Program-made: the position numbers and the translations under genes
Shown here: piece by piece, positions 54,873 to 55,639 of the stretch
Numbering within the stretch: the first letter of the stretch is position 1
Layout: every line of letters starts with the position of its first letter
NCBI GenBank assembly: GCA_964404625.1
Contig: CAYOKR010000001.1
Coordinates: 1 to 55,639 of the forward strand
Direction of reading: 5' to 3'
Source: an uncultured Oscillospiraceae bacterium
GTDB lineage: Bacteria; Bacillota; Clostridia; Christensenellales; CAG-314
Length of the DNA: 55,639 bases
Notes under the pieces: generated by a model
Databases searched by the model: none
Seen by the model: only the letters and a program-made list of their open reading frames with translations
What the model was told of the DNA's origin: nothing

Positions 54873-55639
54873 ATGAAATTTTTGTTACCCAAAAATATCG
54901 GTTTTTGTCGTGGCGTTCAAAGTGCGATAGACAAAGCGTTGCAAGTGCAAGGCGAGGCGTATTGTCTTGGGGATATCGTCCACAACAAAAGCGTTATAGA
55001 GCGTTTGTGCAAACGTGGCATAAAGATAGTGCAAAACGTGTGTGATGTTCCGCAAGGCGCAACGCTGATAATTCGTGCGCATGGCGTTCCACCTACCGTC
55101 TACAGACAAGCGAGGGCTCGCAACTTAACGGTAGTAGATGCGACCTGTCCGTCGGTGCGTGCAATCCAACAAAAGGCGCAAAAGTATTATAATGACGGTT
55201 ATCAAATTGTGTTGGTTGGTGATGCTGCTCATCCGGAGATAATAGGTGTAAACGGGTGGTGCAATAACGGTGCGTTGATTTTTGACGGAAAGAGCATTTT
55301 GGACGTAAAAGGGCACGAAAAGGTGCTTGTTATGTTCCAAACCACCTTTGATACGCAATTTTTTGAAAAAAGTTTAAAAAATATTTTAACAGATGGCGTT
55401 AAAACGCTTGAAATATTTAATACAATTTGTTATACTACTACGGAAAGGCAATATTATGCCCAAATTCTGTCCAAACAAAGTGATTTGGCAATTGTTGTGG
55501 GAGATACAAACAGTTCTAACACAAAACGCTTGTTTGAGATCGCATCGCAAAATTGCAAAACGATTTTGACGGACGGAGACGTGTCAGAAATTGCTTTCGA
55601 TAATAATACACGAAACGTATGTTTCATTTCAGGCGCATC
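54873..55639 (+). CDS. ispH: 4-hydroxy-3-methylbut-2-enyl diphosphate reductase (3' partial, runs off the window)
   Basis: Not in the ORF track because it has no stop. ATG 54873 after AAAGGA. GFCRGVQSAI, DIVHN, IRAHGVPP, DATCPSV, GDAAHPE, NTICYTTTERQ and GDTNSSNTKRL motifs. The frame is open to 55639. Confidence 0.92.
   Translation, partial: MKFLLPKNIGFCRGVQSAIDKALQVQGEAYCLGDIVHNKSVIERLCKRGIKIVQNVCDVPQGATLIIRAHGVPPTVYRQARARNLTVVDATCPSVRAIQQKAQKYYNDGYQIVLVGDAAHPEIIGVNGWCNNGALIFDGKSILDVKGHEKVLVMFQTTFDTQFFEKSLKNILTDGVKTLEIFNTICYTTTERQYYAQILSKQSDLAIVVGDTNSSNTKRLFEIASQNCKTILTDGDVSEIAFDNNTRNVCFISGA

Noticed and set aside
1-55639. Search for CRISPR arrays, tRNA/rRNA genes, IS elements or transposases, integrases and reverse transcriptases
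   Set aside because: I saw none of the following: regularly spaced direct repeats with unique spacers, tRNA T-arm (GGTTCGAATCC-like) motifs, transposase, integrase or RT motifs in any ORF, or long terminal inverted repeats. The only mobile-element hint is the decayed region at 19.5-20.2 kb.

Overview
AT-rich chromosomal window from an endospore-forming Firmicute, by gene content and Bacillus/Clostridium-like gene order. It is mostly core genome and nearly all genes are on the + strand. I see about 50 protein genes and no tRNA, rRNA, CRISPR array or intact mobile element. Recognisable blocks, in order: nagB-galT-galE; a glycogen/maltodextrin operon (malQ-glgB-glgP-GH13); yjjG-like HAD and rdgB; alr-rsmD-coaD-DAHP synthase; ylbJ and tmcAL(ylbM) on the minus strand; pta-ackA; yceD-rpmF; rnc-smc; spoIVB; deoB plus a DacF-like carboxypeptidase; M50 protease-scpA-scpB; ytfI-like/ytfJ/DacB-like; rluB-surE-FAD protein-aroH-plsC-ispH (3' partial). 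Intergenic regions are long and carry many near-consensus sigma-A promoters and clear rho-independent terminators. I found no obvious multi-gene novel system. The stretches most worth follow-up are: (1) an orphan Cys-capped, beta-rich 221-aa protein behind an exact sigma-K-type promoter, flanked by small Cys-rich ORFs (1.2-2.8 kb); (2) a decayed accessory islet (19.5-21 kb) holding an XRE repressor, a duplicated palindromic operator sitting exactly in the spacer of a consensus promoter, and an orphan 109-aa gene; (3) a two-hairpin, riboswitch-like leader upstream of a DMT transporter; (4) an untracked 52-aa ORF coupled to a helical-bundle protein; (5) several genes whose ATG lies 6 nt after an extended -10 box, which is leaderless geometry. 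All calls rest on reading the sequence and remembered family motifs. No database search was possible.
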